Shown here: one piece after another, positions 29,937 to 39,547 of the stretch | How the letters are laid out: every line of letters starts with the position of its first letter | Position numbering within the stretch: position 1 is the stretch's first letter | Origin: Desulfatiglandales bacterium | Lineage (GTDB): Bacteria; Desulfobacterota; DSM-4660; Desulfatiglandales; HGW-15 | Direction: 5' to 3' | Length of the DNA stretch: 64,000 bases | NCBI GenBank assembly: GCA_049366815.1 | Contig: JBMNCO010000161.1 | Span: 14,658 to 78,657 of the forward strand | Made by a program: the position numbers and the translations under genes | Notes under the pieces: model-generated | Told to the model about the DNA's origin: nothing | The model's input: only the letters and a program-made list of their open reading frames with translations | Database searches by the model: none

Positions 29937-30335
29937 ATGAATAGATTAAAGATTGCCTTCCTTTTTATTGTTTTTTTGATGCTCGGATGTTCGGCATTTT
30001 CAGGGAAAGACAGGATGAAGGCCTTTGGTACGGTTTCTAAGGCTTACGAAAACACACTCCGCGCGTCTCGTTTTGAAACAGCCCGTCAATTCCTGGTTCC
30101 TGAGGTTGTCGTTGACAAGGATATCAATCACTACAAGAATGTGAAGGTCTATGAATATGAGGTCAAAGAATTCAACCTGTCAGATGGCACATCGGAAATT
30201 CACCAGACGGCTGAGATCATATATTACAAAATGGACAGTTATATTTTAAAGACGATTCGCGATCGACAGTTATGGAAATACAATGAGACGGATAAAGTCT
30301 GGCTTCTCCAAACAGGGTTGCCTGAATTTAAATAA
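29937..30335 (+). CDS. Small lipoprotein, unknown function
   Basis: GAGGTG lies 6 nt upstream of ATG 29937. MNRLKIAFLFIVFLMLGCS has the lipobox MLGC. Confidence 0.6.
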   Translation: MNRLKIAFLFIVFLMLGCSAFSGKDRMKAFGTVSKAYENTLRASRFETARQFLVPEVVVDKDINHYKNVKVYEYEVKEFNLSDGTSEIHQTAEIIYYKMDSYILKTIRDRQLWKYNETDKVWLLQTGLPEFK

Positions 30336-30343
30336 AACCGGAT

Positions 30344-30817
30344 TCATTTGCCGGGTATCAAACGCTCCGGGATCTGAACCGCGACAACCTCTCCACGTGC
30401 GCAGACCTCTCCATTTGCCGAAAGCTTACTCTCTACGACAACCTTCCGGCCTTTGATCTCTCTCGCCCGTCCACGTATTTCTAAAGGCACACCTATAGGC
30501 GTTGGCCGGACGAAATCCACGTGAAGCGACGCCGTCATGAATCGCAAAGGGGGTTGCGTATCCATTCCGCGGCCTTCGGCCCGATAGGCGCAAGCGGAGG
30601 CCGTCCCGGTGCTGTGGCAATCGATAAGGGATGCGATAAGGCCACCGTAAACATATTCGGGAAGGGCGGTATGATAGGTCCTGGGCTCGAACAGACATAG
30701 TGTCTCTTCACCATCCCAATAACTCTTGATCTGTAAACCTTCCCCGTTCAACCGGCCGCATCCGTAGCAATGGGACAGATTATCCGGATAGTGGTCCTGA
30801 AACGCTTTTTGTATCAC
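30344..30817 (-). CDS. Hotdog-fold (PaaI-type) acyl-CoA thioesterase
   Basis: YGGLIASLIDCHS core motif and 157-aa size. N-terminal CYGCG zinc-ribbon-like pair. Confidence 0.7.
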   Translation of the reverse strand: MIQKAFQDHYPDNLSHCYGCGRLNGEGLQIKSYWDGEETLCLFEPRTYHTALPEYVYGGLIASLIDCHSTGTASACAYRAEGRGMDTQPPLRFMTASLHVDFVRPTPIGVPLEIRGRAREIKGRKVVVESKLSANGEVCARGEVVAVQIPERLIPGK

Positions 30818-31245
30818 TGTCTTTCCTTTCTTCTACAATGCGACTTTTTTCCGACGGCGCGACCCTCCTGCCTCATCCACCGTGCTGATATCGTCTTGAA
30901 CTGCACGTCTTGGGTATAAAAACAAAGCTTTTTCCTAAAGTCAATTTACATTTTAAAAGCGGGACCATCACAAATAAATCAAAGTGACACGATAGGCAAG
31001 CGCTATAGGCATTCTCTGACCTGAACCGACCCGCTCTCCTTGGGAAGTGCTGTTTTTTCTTGACAGGCAGGTCCTGATAGCTGAAGGTTTACCACCTGCC
31101 GGCTATTCTTAACAGGGGGTTTAACCACTTTAAATTCTATAAAAATTTTGGACGGTCTTCTGCGGGGAGGTATGCGCAGCAGGGGTTTGCTTGGAGGCTC
31201 GGTGTGGGAACCATACCTGTCCGGTTCATTGATCGGAGGATATGT

Positions 31246-32235
31246 ATGACACAATGGTATTTGAGTTACGACGGAAAACAAATCGGACCGCTGGATCATG
31301 AAGAGGCGGTTGCCGAAGTGCGCAACCATCCGAAATGCTATGCATGGAAAGCCGGTTTTCCGGACTGGCTGCCCATCTCCCGGGTTTCGGAATTAAACCC
31401 CGCGGCCTCGCCCAGGACCGGCCCGCCTTCTCCAGCCCCCAGGGGAGCCGATATGATCGATTACCGGGTCATGGGTGCCGAGATGCAATTTGTTGAAGTC
31501 GAACTTGACCCGGGTGAAAGTGCAATAGCCGAGGCCGGAGCCATGATGTATAAGGATGCCCATGTGGAGATGAGGACCATCTTCGGCGACGGATCTGCCT
31601 CCGGAAACGGAGGCTTTTTAGACAAGTTGCTCGGAGCAGGTAAACGCTTGCTGACGGGGGAAAGCCTCTTTATGACCGTTTTCACCCACACGGGTCAAGG
31701 GAAGGCCCGTGTGGCATTCGGCGCCCCCTATCCGGGAAACATCCTTCCCGTTTCTTTGTCTGATGCCGGGGGCACCCTCGTCTGCCAGAAAGACTGCTTT
31801 CTCTGTGCAGCCAAGGGCGTCTCCATCGGCATCTACTTCCAGCGAAAGATCCTGACAGGACTTTTCGGCGGTGAGGGATTCATTATGCAGAAACTGGAGG
31901 GCGACGGCATGGTATTCGTTCACGCTGGAGGAACCGTGATCGAACGAACGCTGCATTCAGGGGAAGAACTACACGTGGATACGGGTTGCGTTGTAGCCTT
32001 CCAGCCCGGTGTAGATTTCGATATCAGACAGGCGGGTGGAATCAAGACCGCCCTGTTCGGAGGCGAGGGATTCTTTTTTGCAACACTCAGGGGCCCGGGT
32101 AAAATTTGGCTTCAGTCCCTGCCCTTCTCCCGTTTTGCCGGAAGAATGCTGGAAGCCGCTCCCCAGAGAGGCGGCAAGGTCGGCGAGGGCTCAATCCTGG
32201 GGGCATTCGGCAATATCATTAACGGAGACAATTAG
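31246..32235 (+). CDS. GYF_2 domain fused to a TIGR00266/AIM24 (DUF124) family domain
   Basis: GGAGGA lies 5 nt upstream of ATG 31246. WYLSYDGKQIGPLDHEEAV ... AWKAGFPDWLPISRVSEL is GYF_2-like. IDYRVMGAEMQFVEVELDPGESAIAEAGAMMY is AIM24-like. Confidence 0.7.
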   Translation: MTQWYLSYDGKQIGPLDHEEAVAEVRNHPKCYAWKAGFPDWLPISRVSELNPAASPRTGPPSPAPRGADMIDYRVMGAEMQFVEVELDPGESAIAEAGAMMYKDAHVEMRTIFGDGSASGNGGFLDKLLGAGKRLLTGESLFMTVFTHTGQGKARVAFGAPYPGNILPVSLSDAGGTLVCQKDCFLCAAKGVSIGIYFQRKILTGLFGGEGFIMQKLEGDGMVFVHAGGTVIERTLHSGEELHVDTGCVVAFQPGVDFDIRQAGGIKTALFGGEGFFFATLRGPGKIWLQSLPFSRFAGRMLEAAPQRGGKVGEGSILGAFGNIINGDN

Positions 32236-32298
32236 TCTTTGTGGGTATTGTAGCCGATGCACCCGTGCCGCTCTTTGATGATCGTACGTATCAACATG

Positions 32299-33732
32299 TT
32301 ACAGGTAGGGAGTAAACAACCAGGCCAGTGCATCGCGGATCCTACCCATCAGAGGACGTGAATCGACCTCCTCCAACGTGACTTCTTTTGATGCCTTAAT
32401 GCAATCCGTCACGTATGACGCGATCTCCTCTCCGAAAAACCGTTCATAGACTTCGAGGACGATTTCAAAATTGAGTCGCAGGCTTCGGGGGTCTAGATTG
32501 GCTGATCCGATTTGGACATAGTGGTCGTCCACAACAAAGAGTTTGCAGTGTACAAAAGGTGGGGGCTGATAATACACCCTGACACCGTGACTCAAGAGTT
32601 CCCAGATCATGTTTCTGGTCGCCCAATGGATATAGGGCAGATTGTTTTTTGAAGGAAGCACCACCTGCACCTCCACCCCCCGAAGGGCGGCGGCCTTTAG
32701 GACACCACTCAATTCTCTCGAAGGGAGAAAGTAGGGCGTCATAACGGCCACACGGCGGCGCGCCGCGGACACGGCTCCCAAAAGTATCGTAGCCAGCCTG
32801 TCGAAGTCCTCGTTAGGCCCTTCCACGATGGTCCTGCAGACTGCGTTTCCCTCGGGTATGTGCTGAAAATTAGACAGGCCTATATATTCCCCTGTGGTGA
32901 ACCCCCAATCTTCAAGAAATGTCTGCTCAATCTGGGCTACCACCGGGCCACGGATCCGAAAATGGATATCCACAACGCGTGATGGATTGTCAAGCTTTTC
33001 CGCCAAATGTCTATCTCCGATATTCATACCGCCGACAAACCCTATCCGACCGTCAACCACAAGAATCTTTCTATGGTTCCGCAGGTTAATATGAATCATC
33101 GGGGGGAAAAGCCTGGGTGGAAGAAATCTCGCGACACGAACCCCTTGCCTCTTGAGCAGTCTCGCGGCCGGAGGCAGGGAGTTCAGCCCCCCAATACCAT
33201 CGATAATCACCCGGACTTCGACGCCGCGCGCTGCGGCCCGGGCGAGGGCATCGATGAAGCATTGCCCTGTGCCTCTGGTTTCAAAGATATAGGTGGATAG
33301 ATAAAGGGACTTATTGGCCTCCTCAATGGCCTTTAGCATGCTCGGATAGGCCTGCTCCCCATTGTGAAGTGTTTCTATACGGTTACCCCCAAGGAGAGGA
33401 TGCCTCGTGATGGCATGAGAGACGCTGGCCAGTTCCTTATATTCAGGAGGAAGCTGTTGCGTGTGCAGGATCGATGCAATCGGCTCTTCTTCATGAGGAC
33501 TGGGCAACACCGGTCTGAAGGGTGATTGTCGATCCAGTTTTCTGGCCCTTGTGCGGACCCGATTTATACCGAAAAGGTAATACAAAAATGGACCCGCGAA
33601 GGGAAAAATAATACAGACGGCAATCCAGCCCAGGGCCGCCTTAGGGTCGCGCTTGTTCAACAGCGCATGTCCTGCAGCGGCTATCACCACCAGGGCATGA
33701 AGTGCGATCAGCATCACTTCAAGGAGAGCCAT
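32299..33732 (-). CDS. cls: Cardiolipin synthase (two PLD/HKD domains)
   Basis: Two N-terminal TM helices. HKD motifs HRKILVVDG and HCKLFVVDDHYVQIGSANLD. Confidence 0.9.
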   Translation of the reverse strand: MALLEVMLIALHALVVIAAAGHALLNKRDPKAALGWIAVCIIFPFAGPFLYYLFGINRVRTRARKLDRQSPFRPVLPSPHEEEPIASILHTQQLPPEYKELASVSHAITRHPLLGGNRIETLHNGEQAYPSMLKAIEEANKSLYLSTYIFETRGTGQCFIDALARAAARGVEVRVIIDGIGGLNSLPPAARLLKRQGVRVARFLPPRLFPPMIHINLRNHRKILVVDGRIGFVGGMNIGDRHLAEKLDNPSRVVDIHFRIRGPVVAQIEQTFLEDWGFTTGEYIGLSNFQHIPEGNAVCRTIVEGPNEDFDRLATILLGAVSAARRRVAVMTPYFLPSRELSGVLKAAALRGVEVQVVLPSKNNLPYIHWATRNMIWELLSHGVRVYYQPPPFVHCKLFVVDDHYVQIGSANLDPRSLRLNFEIVLEVYERFFGEEIASYVTDCIKASKEVTLEEVDSRPLMGRIRDALAWLFTPYL

Positions 33733-33808
33733 GGGCGGGTCCCTTTCCCCGAAAAGACAACATTGGAAAAGACTTCAGTCGCCTGTCCATGAATCAAAAT
33801 CAGGCGTT

Positions 33809-36475
33809 TCAGAATGTACCGATTAACTGCTTCTTAAAGGGAGTCAGTGTTTCCTCATCAAAGCAGTAGTCAAGCTTCAGGAAGCCTTCCCGGAGTCTGC
33901 TGACCTCTTTCTTCACTTCCTTTCCCCTCACAGCGTCCGCCAGCAGTGCGGCAAGGGTCTCAAAGTCTCCTTCCTTCATGCCAAATCGTGTCATCTCCGA
34001 GACTCCCATCCGCAGAGCGGAACTGGCGGTGAAGGACTCGTCCGAAGGCGTGGCCTGATAGTTTACAATAATATTGTTCTCCTCAAGTTTCCTCGCGATC
34101 TGTATGCCGTTTCCGTATCCTACATTCAAGATGACCTGATGAGTCTCAGTAAAATTACAGGCCGGATCCCCTTCCACCTTCATGCCGGCCTCCATCAGGG
34201 CGCGGGCAAAGGCCTTGGCGTTTCTAATGAGCTGTGGTTGATATTTGCCCTTAAAGGTGTTCATCTCAATCGCGGCGAGGAGAAGTCCCAACTGGGTCCC
34301 AAGGTGGTGATTACTGACCATGCCGGGAAAAGAGCGCCGTTTGATTGCTTCCCAGAATTCATAATGCGGAGTGTTCTCCTCGAAATTACTCCCCACCACA
34401 CCCCGTTGAGTCCCGAAAAAGGTCTTGTGAGTAGATCCCGTGACCAGATCCGCGCCTTCCTCGAAGGGCCTCTGAAAATGGGGTCCGATAAGACCCAAAA
34501 CATGGGCCATGTCATACATGAGCAGAGGCCGCGGTTTCCTGTTTTCAACAAGGCTGCGGATTTCAGCGATTGGTTCCGGGTGTAGAACCATGCTCTTTCC
34601 AAAGATGACAATCTCCGGGTTCACTCTGTGCAGAATCTTGGCCGTCTCTTCAACATCAATACGATACGGATTGTCCCGTTGAATTGGAAAGTTTATCACG
34701 GCATACCGGTCGGTGATGGGATCCCTGGCGATATAATCCCGCAAAGCCCCCATGGGCTGAGAACTCAGGTGCCCACCCTTTCCGATATGATTGTTCATGG
34801 CAAGCCGGATCCGCTCGGGTTCCCTCTTACGATTGGTGCGGTTCTTGTAGTCCACAAAGGCACTGAAGACTGTCATATTGGCCATTTGCCCGCTGACCGG
34901 ACGGGTCTCCACCAAGGGGCACCCCAGGTATTCGGCCATCTCGGCACTCAGGCGCTCCTCCACCCATTCGATAAAATCAGTTCCCTGGTAATAGAAGACC
35001 TCCTGCTCAAAGGCCGCCAGGAGTTCCTTGTGTTCAGCGTATCGGCAAACCGGATCGGACACAGAGAGTAGCCTCACCAGGGGGGAAGGGGTCTGCTCCG
35101 AAGGGATCAGGTTGATGCATCGGGTCTGTCGCCAGAGGTGGTTTTCCAGACTTTTTTTGAGAAGGATTTCAACCTGTTCGCTGCCCGGCCCCGAAGCCCG
35201 ACGGGGCTCTGGTTTCCGAAAGTCCGCGGGAATGGATCGGAAATAGGGTGGAGCCTCCGAACGTCCGTGCCAGCGGACGATTTTCCCCTTTAGTCTGCGT
35301 TTACGCACAATGATCTCCACCTCTGTTTCCCGTGGCAGCGTGGAGTCAACCAACCCCAAGGCAATGGCCCGTCGGTCATTATGCTCCGTGATGGTCATCA
35401 AGGCCCCTTCACCTTCAAAGTTCCAGTAGGGGATCATTGTTCCGCTCGTCACAACACCCACTTTTCCGCCGTCCACATAGATCTCATCACCCCGGCGGGC
35501 GATACCCCTCTCCATCACAGCGATGGGCCTCACAAAAGAGGGCAGTGCCTCCGGCGGCTCTGTAATAAGTCCGTTCCTGATCCTCTCAGATGCCTCAAAC
35601 TGGCTCTTGAGGGCCTCTCTCCCGATAAACCTCCCCTTACGGTCGTTAAAACTCACGGCCATCGCCGCGAGGGGGATGGAAAAGATGGGGATTTTTCCAC
35701 CGTCCGGATCAAGGCCCAGCTCATGACCGTAAAGGGGCATGTTGGCCTCGAGCCTAAGTGTGTCCCGGGCGCCGAGACCGACAGGAAGGATACCCATGTC
35801 CTTTCCCGCATCAAAGAGGGCTGACCAGATGGCCTCCGCTTCATCTGCAGGCGGGAACATTTCAAAACATACCGGCTCCCCGGTATAACCCGTGCGCCCG
35901 ATCAAGACTTTCGTGCCAGCGATTTTAATTTCCGATAGCTTGTTCCGGACCGGCTCAGGCAGGGCACCGTCCTCTATTATCCCTTCCAGGATGCCTTTTG
36001 TCATGGGCCCTTGAAAGGCGATCATACTCACCTTTTCTGTGTGATCTTCGACCTGAACATCCTCGAACTGAAGCAAATGGGTCTCGAGGTGGGCCAGAAC
36101 TTTCTCCCGGTTGGAAGCATTCACCACAAGGAGCAGATCATCTTCCCCAAACCGGTAGAGATAGGCATCGTCGATGGCCATGCCCTTTTCGTTCGACACG
36201 AGTGTATATTGGGCCTCCCAGGGCTCCAAGGCTTCCACGTTGTTGGTCAGCACATACTGAAGGAAGGCCGCTTTATCTCTCCCCTTGATCCTGAAACGGC
36301 CCATGTGACTAACGTCAAAAAGTCCACCGCATCTACGGACAGAAAGATGTTCATTGATAATACCGGTCTCATACTGAACCGGCATCTCCCAGCCCCCGAA
36401 ATCAATCATCTGCCCAGCATTGGCCTTGTGCCATGCATTGAGCGGGGTCCTCATTAAACCGGTCTCACATGTCAT
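33809..36475 (-). CDS. Fusion protein: aminomethyltransferase (GcvT) N-terminal half plus serine hydroxymethyltransferase-like C-terminal half
   Basis: The N-terminus RTPLNAWHKANAGQMIDFGGWEMPVQY ... LFDVSHMGRF is GcvT-like. The C-terminal half has LIPSEQTPSP and the PLP-Lys box GSTHKTFFGTQRG. It is one uninterrupted 888-codon ORF. AAGGGGGGG lies 5 nt upstream of ATG 36475. Confidence 0.85.
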   Translation of the reverse strand: MTCETGLMRTPLNAWHKANAGQMIDFGGWEMPVQYETGIINEHLSVRRCGGLFDVSHMGRFRIKGRDKAAFLQYVLTNNVEALEPWEAQYTLVSNEKGMAIDDAYLYRFGEDDLLLVVNASNREKVLAHLETHLLQFEDVQVEDHTEKVSMIAFQGPMTKGILEGIIEDGALPEPVRNKLSEIKIAGTKVLIGRTGYTGEPVCFEMFPPADEAEAIWSALFDAGKDMGILPVGLGARDTLRLEANMPLYGHELGLDPDGGKIPIFSIPLAAMAVSFNDRKGRFIGREALKSQFEASERIRNGLITEPPEALPSFVRPIAVMERGIARRGDEIYVDGGKVGVVTSGTMIPYWNFEGEGALMTITEHNDRRAIALGLVDSTLPRETEVEIIVRKRRLKGKIVRWHGRSEAPPYFRSIPADFRKPEPRRASGPGSEQVEILLKKSLENHLWRQTRCINLIPSEQTPSPLVRLLSVSDPVCRYAEHKELLAAFEQEVFYYQGTDFIEWVEERLSAEMAEYLGCPLVETRPVSGQMANMTVFSAFVDYKNRTNRKREPERIRLAMNNHIGKGGHLSSQPMGALRDYIARDPITDRYAVINFPIQRDNPYRIDVEETAKILHRVNPEIVIFGKSMVLHPEPIAEIRSLVENRKPRPLLMYDMAHVLGLIGPHFQRPFEEGADLVTGSTHKTFFGTQRGVVGSNFEENTPHYEFWEAIKRRSFPGMVSNHHLGTQLGLLLAAIEMNTFKGKYQPQLIRNAKAFARALMEAGMKVEGDPACNFTETHQVILNVGYGNGIQIARKLEENNIIVNYQATPSDESFTASSALRMGVSEMTRFGMKEGDFETLAALLADAVRGKEVKKEVSRLREGFLKLDYCFDEETLTPFKKQLIGTF

Positions 36476-36842
36476 TGTTGCCCCCCCTTAGAACGTCCGG
36501 TGCACAAAGAATATTTCGCATTACACAAATTTCTTAAAGAATTCTGATGTAAATATTTATGAATTCAGAAAACTTATAAGATATCAACATGTCACTGTCA
36601 AACCCAATCTATGCTCTTGTGCCACGGGGCGCACCTCTGGGGGAGGAGGCTATGGGCCTTGCGATGACCGGTCGTTGAGATCGTCGGCGAAACATTCTTT
36701 GCGACAATCGGCGACACTTGACGGTCGCACATATCCTTTTGCCTCTTATCCCACGACAAATCGTGGTATCAGGACCAATATGACTCCCAACAACTACCTG
36801 ATATAACTAAAGATGCCACCGGTATATTTAACAGCATGGGGT

Positions 36843-36860
36843 TCGGCATTCATATTGCGT
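36843..36860 (+). promoter_or_regulatory. Candidate sigma-54 (-24/-12) promoter upstream of the MCP gene
   Basis: tCGGCATtcataTTGCGt. GG (36845-46) and GC (36857-58) are separated by exactly 10 nt. It lies 172 nt upstream of ATG 37032. The -24 box is imperfect. Confidence 0.3.
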
Positions 36861-37031
36861 TTTGCCATTTGAAAAGCTTAAAGTATTCAATTCATTTTGC
36901 CGAGCATTTATATGACACATCCCAATACTACCCCGGAGACACTTTTGACAAAATGGCACAAAGTAATGGCCCGGTCAAAAAATCTCCCAACTGGGAACTA
37001 TCTTAATGTCTTTCTTTAAAAGGGGGTTTGA

Positions 37032-38540
37032 ATGAAAAGCAACAGTTTTAGCGTTCAGACACGACTGATCATTTTAATCCTGTTAACAACTACTCTTATT
37101 CTCTCCGCGTATTCTATATACGATTACCGTGTCGAGAGGGGGGGCCTCATGTCCTCCTTGAACCAGTCGGCGCAAAATACCGTCAAAAGACTGGCAAAGG
37201 CGTTGGCTGATCCACTTTGGAACTTGAATAAGAAGCAGATTGATGAGGCATTGAAATCCGAGATGACGGAAAAGGGTCTCTCTGGGATCATTGTTCGCGA
37301 GACAGGAGCCAAAGAGATTTTCCATGCCGTAAAAAGGGATAAGGACTGGAACGCCGTTGACTGTGACAAAGAAATTTCAGGTGATTTTTCTAAATTTCAG
37401 GCGGATATCTCAAACGAAGGGCAAAAGATAGGATCGGTTGATGTCTTTTTTACGGCGCACTTTGTTGAGAAGCAATTGAGGAATAACCTTATCCACGCGG
37501 CCCTCACCGTTGTTTTTTTAAATCTCGCCCTGTTAATAGCCATCTTTCTAAGCATGCGCCGAATTGTCATTAAACCTATGAATCGTGTGGTCGCCGGTCT
37601 TGATGAGAGTGCCAATCGAGTTGCGGAGATCTCATCGGTTGTATCAACCGCAAGTGCCTCGCTGGCTGAAAATTCGAATTCTCATGCAGCATCCATTGAA
37701 GAAACGTCCTCCTCACTGGAAGAAATGGCCTCCATGACAAGACAGAATGCCGAAAATTCCGGCAAGGCCAAGGAAATGATGAAAGAGGCTTCAGACGTCA
37801 TTGAAAGAATGAATCGACACATGGACGAAATGACCCGGGCCATTTCGGAAATCACAAAATCCAGTGAAGAGACGAGTAAGATTATAAAGACCATAGATGA
37901 AATTGCCTTTCAGACAAACCTTCTGGCACTGAACGCAGCTGTCGAAGCCGCCCGTGCGGGAGAGGCAGGGGCCGGTTTTGCCGTCGTGGCGGATGAGGTA
38001 AGAAATCTGGCTATGCGTGCAGCGAATGCAGCCAAAGACACCGCCAACCTGATTGAGAAAACAATTGCAGCGGTTCGCAATGGCAATCAGCTCACGGAAT
38101 CCACCCAGGAGGCCTTCAGGGAAAACATAAGCATATCCCAAAAAGTAGCTGAACTGATAGAAGAAATCGCGGCTGCCTCCAACGAACAGGCGCAGGGCAT
38201 TGAACAGATCAACGTGGCGGCATCGGAAATGGATAAGATGATACAACAGTCCGCCGCCAACGCAGAGGAATCATCATCTGCCTCTGAAGAAATGGACTCT
38301 CAAGCCAAGCAGATGAGGGAACATGTTGAAGACCTCATCCTTACCATTTTCGGATCGTCAGGGAAGGTGAAAAAAGCCATGAATCAAAGGAGCCAGGCAA
38401 AGGGAAGTTCAGTATCACCTGACATCGCCGTCCGGGCTAGGCGAGTAAAAAAAGAGGCACACGCTGAAAATAATGATGGGAAAGTCATAACACCCGATCA
38501 GGTGCTTGAACTCGGCAAAAACGCTTTTGAAGACTTCTAA
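37032..38540 (+). CDS. Methyl-accepting chemotaxis protein
   Basis: N-terminal TM, a periplasmic-size segment, a second TM and a HAMP-like region. Highly conserved MA hairpin [40 protein letters not shown]. Confidence 0.9.
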   Translation: MKSNSFSVQTRLIILILLTTTLILSAYSIYDYRVERGGLMSSLNQSAQNTVKRLAKALADPLWNLNKKQIDEALKSEMTEKGLSGIIVRETGAKEIFHAVKRDKDWNAVDCDKEISGDFSKFQADISNEGQKIGSVDVFFTAHFVEKQLRNNLIHAALTVVFLNLALLIAIFLSMRRIVIKPMNRVVAGLDESANRVAEISSVVSTASASLAENSNSHAASIEETSSSLEEMASMTRQNAENSGKAKEMMKEASDVIERMNRHMDEMTRAISEITKSSEETSKIIKTIDEIAFQTNLLALNAAVEAARAGEAGAGFAVVADEVRNLAMRAANAAKDTANLIEKTIAAVRNGNQLTESTQEAFRENISISQKVAELIEEIAAASNEQAQGIEQINVAASEMDKMIQQSAANAEESSSASEEMDSQAKQMREHVEDLILTIFGSSGKVKKAMNQRSQAKGSSVSPDIAVRARRVKKEAHAENNDGKVITPDQVLELGKNAFEDF

Positions 38541-38569
38541 AAAGCATTTAGAAAACAAGGAGGATCAGC

Positions 38570-39337
38570 ATGAACAAATGGGCAAAAAATGGTAAATTTG
38601 TGGTTTTCATAAGTACGGTTATTTTTATCTTTTCCCTTTCAAGTCCCGCAATGTCCAGGGATCTGAAGGCAAGCCTGGCATTTCTCCCTAAGATCCTGGA
38701 ATCTCCCGATAAGGGTGTTTTTGTCGATTTTGTAAAAGCCATAGACGAAGTTTATACAGGCGGGAAAATCGAGATTCAGGTCTACCCATTTAACAGATCG
38801 GTGGAAAATGTCATTAGTGGAAAGGCCGATTTCCATATACCAATGATAAAAAACCCTATTATACCAGAAAGTGAACTCCCCTTCCGACATGTCAGCGCTA
38901 AGACAGGGGTCGTTGTCATGGTCCTTTATTCTCGAAAAGACAACATCATTACGGCGGAAATGGTCAACAAGGCAAAGAATCTCAAAGAATTTCCATACAA
39001 GTTGGAAACCGACGCAGGAATCAAAGACTTCTTTGAGTTTCCAGTCATCGGCTCCTCTTCTATCGAACAGAGCTTCGCTAAATTATTGAAGGGACGGATC
39101 GATGCTTTCCTCTTCGCGCAGGAAGAGTCCGATTTTGCCCTCAAAAACATGAATGTAAAGGACGTTCACAGGGAGTTCTTCAAGGAGTATGACGACGTGA
39201 TTATTATCCCGAAGGGTCCGGAGTGGGACGAAGTTGATCAGATCCTCACCGATGCCTTGAATAAACTCAAAGCAAGCGGGCAACTGCAGACGCTGCACGA
39301 CAAGATACATGTGCCCTACCAGGATTGGCAGCCATAG
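38570..39337 (+). CDS. Periplasmic solute-binding protein (SBP family 3-like, tentative)
   Basis: AGGAGG RBS. Signal peptide MNKWAKNGKFVVFISTVIFIFSLSSPAMS. Size and alternating pattern are compatible with a type-3 SBP. No adjacent permease. Confidence 0.55.
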   Translation: MNKWAKNGKFVVFISTVIFIFSLSSPAMSRDLKASLAFLPKILESPDKGVFVDFVKAIDEVYTGGKIEIQVYPFNRSVENVISGKADFHIPMIKNPIIPESELPFRHVSAKTGVVVMVLYSRKDNIITAEMVNKAKNLKEFPYKLETDAGIKDFFEFPVIGSSSIEQSFAKLLKGRIDAFLFAQEESDFALKNMNVKDVHREFFKEYDDVIIIPKGPEWDEVDQILTDALNKLKASGQLQTLHDKIHVPYQDWQP

Positions 39338-39462
39338 CTACACCGTAGTGAAGTCTTTGGTCGTGTAAAAGGCCGGCCCGGCTCTTCTGCTCACTGCGGG
39401 CGTCATCCACTAGGTCTGAAAAAGGAGGCCTGGAGCCGGCGGGCGTTTTCGGCCTAAAAAGG

Positions 39463-39486
39463 GCCCGGAGTCAAAAAAATCCGGGC
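39463..39486 (-). terminator. Candidate intrinsic terminator after the ACAD gene of cassette 1
   Basis: Stem GCCCGGA / TCCGGGC with an A/T-rich loop. On the minus strand it is followed by CCTTTTTAGG. Confidence 0.35.
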
Positions 39487-39547
39487 TCTTTCAGGCTGTA
39501 TCAGAATGTGGGGCTCCGCAGCGACAGACAATTCCCTGCCCACTTTA

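Noticed and set aside
36600-36800. Possible glycine riboswitch upstream of the GcvT-SHMT fusion. The minus strand contains AGGCAAAAGGA, resembling the conserved 3' part of a glycine aptamer, plus GCGAC/GTCGC hairpins.
   Set aside because: I could not find the GGAGAG and CCGAAGGGGCAA-type core elements. The motif lies ~260 nt upstream of the ATG, beyond an AT-rich promoter-like stretch. An Infernal scan with the glycine riboswitch model would settle it.
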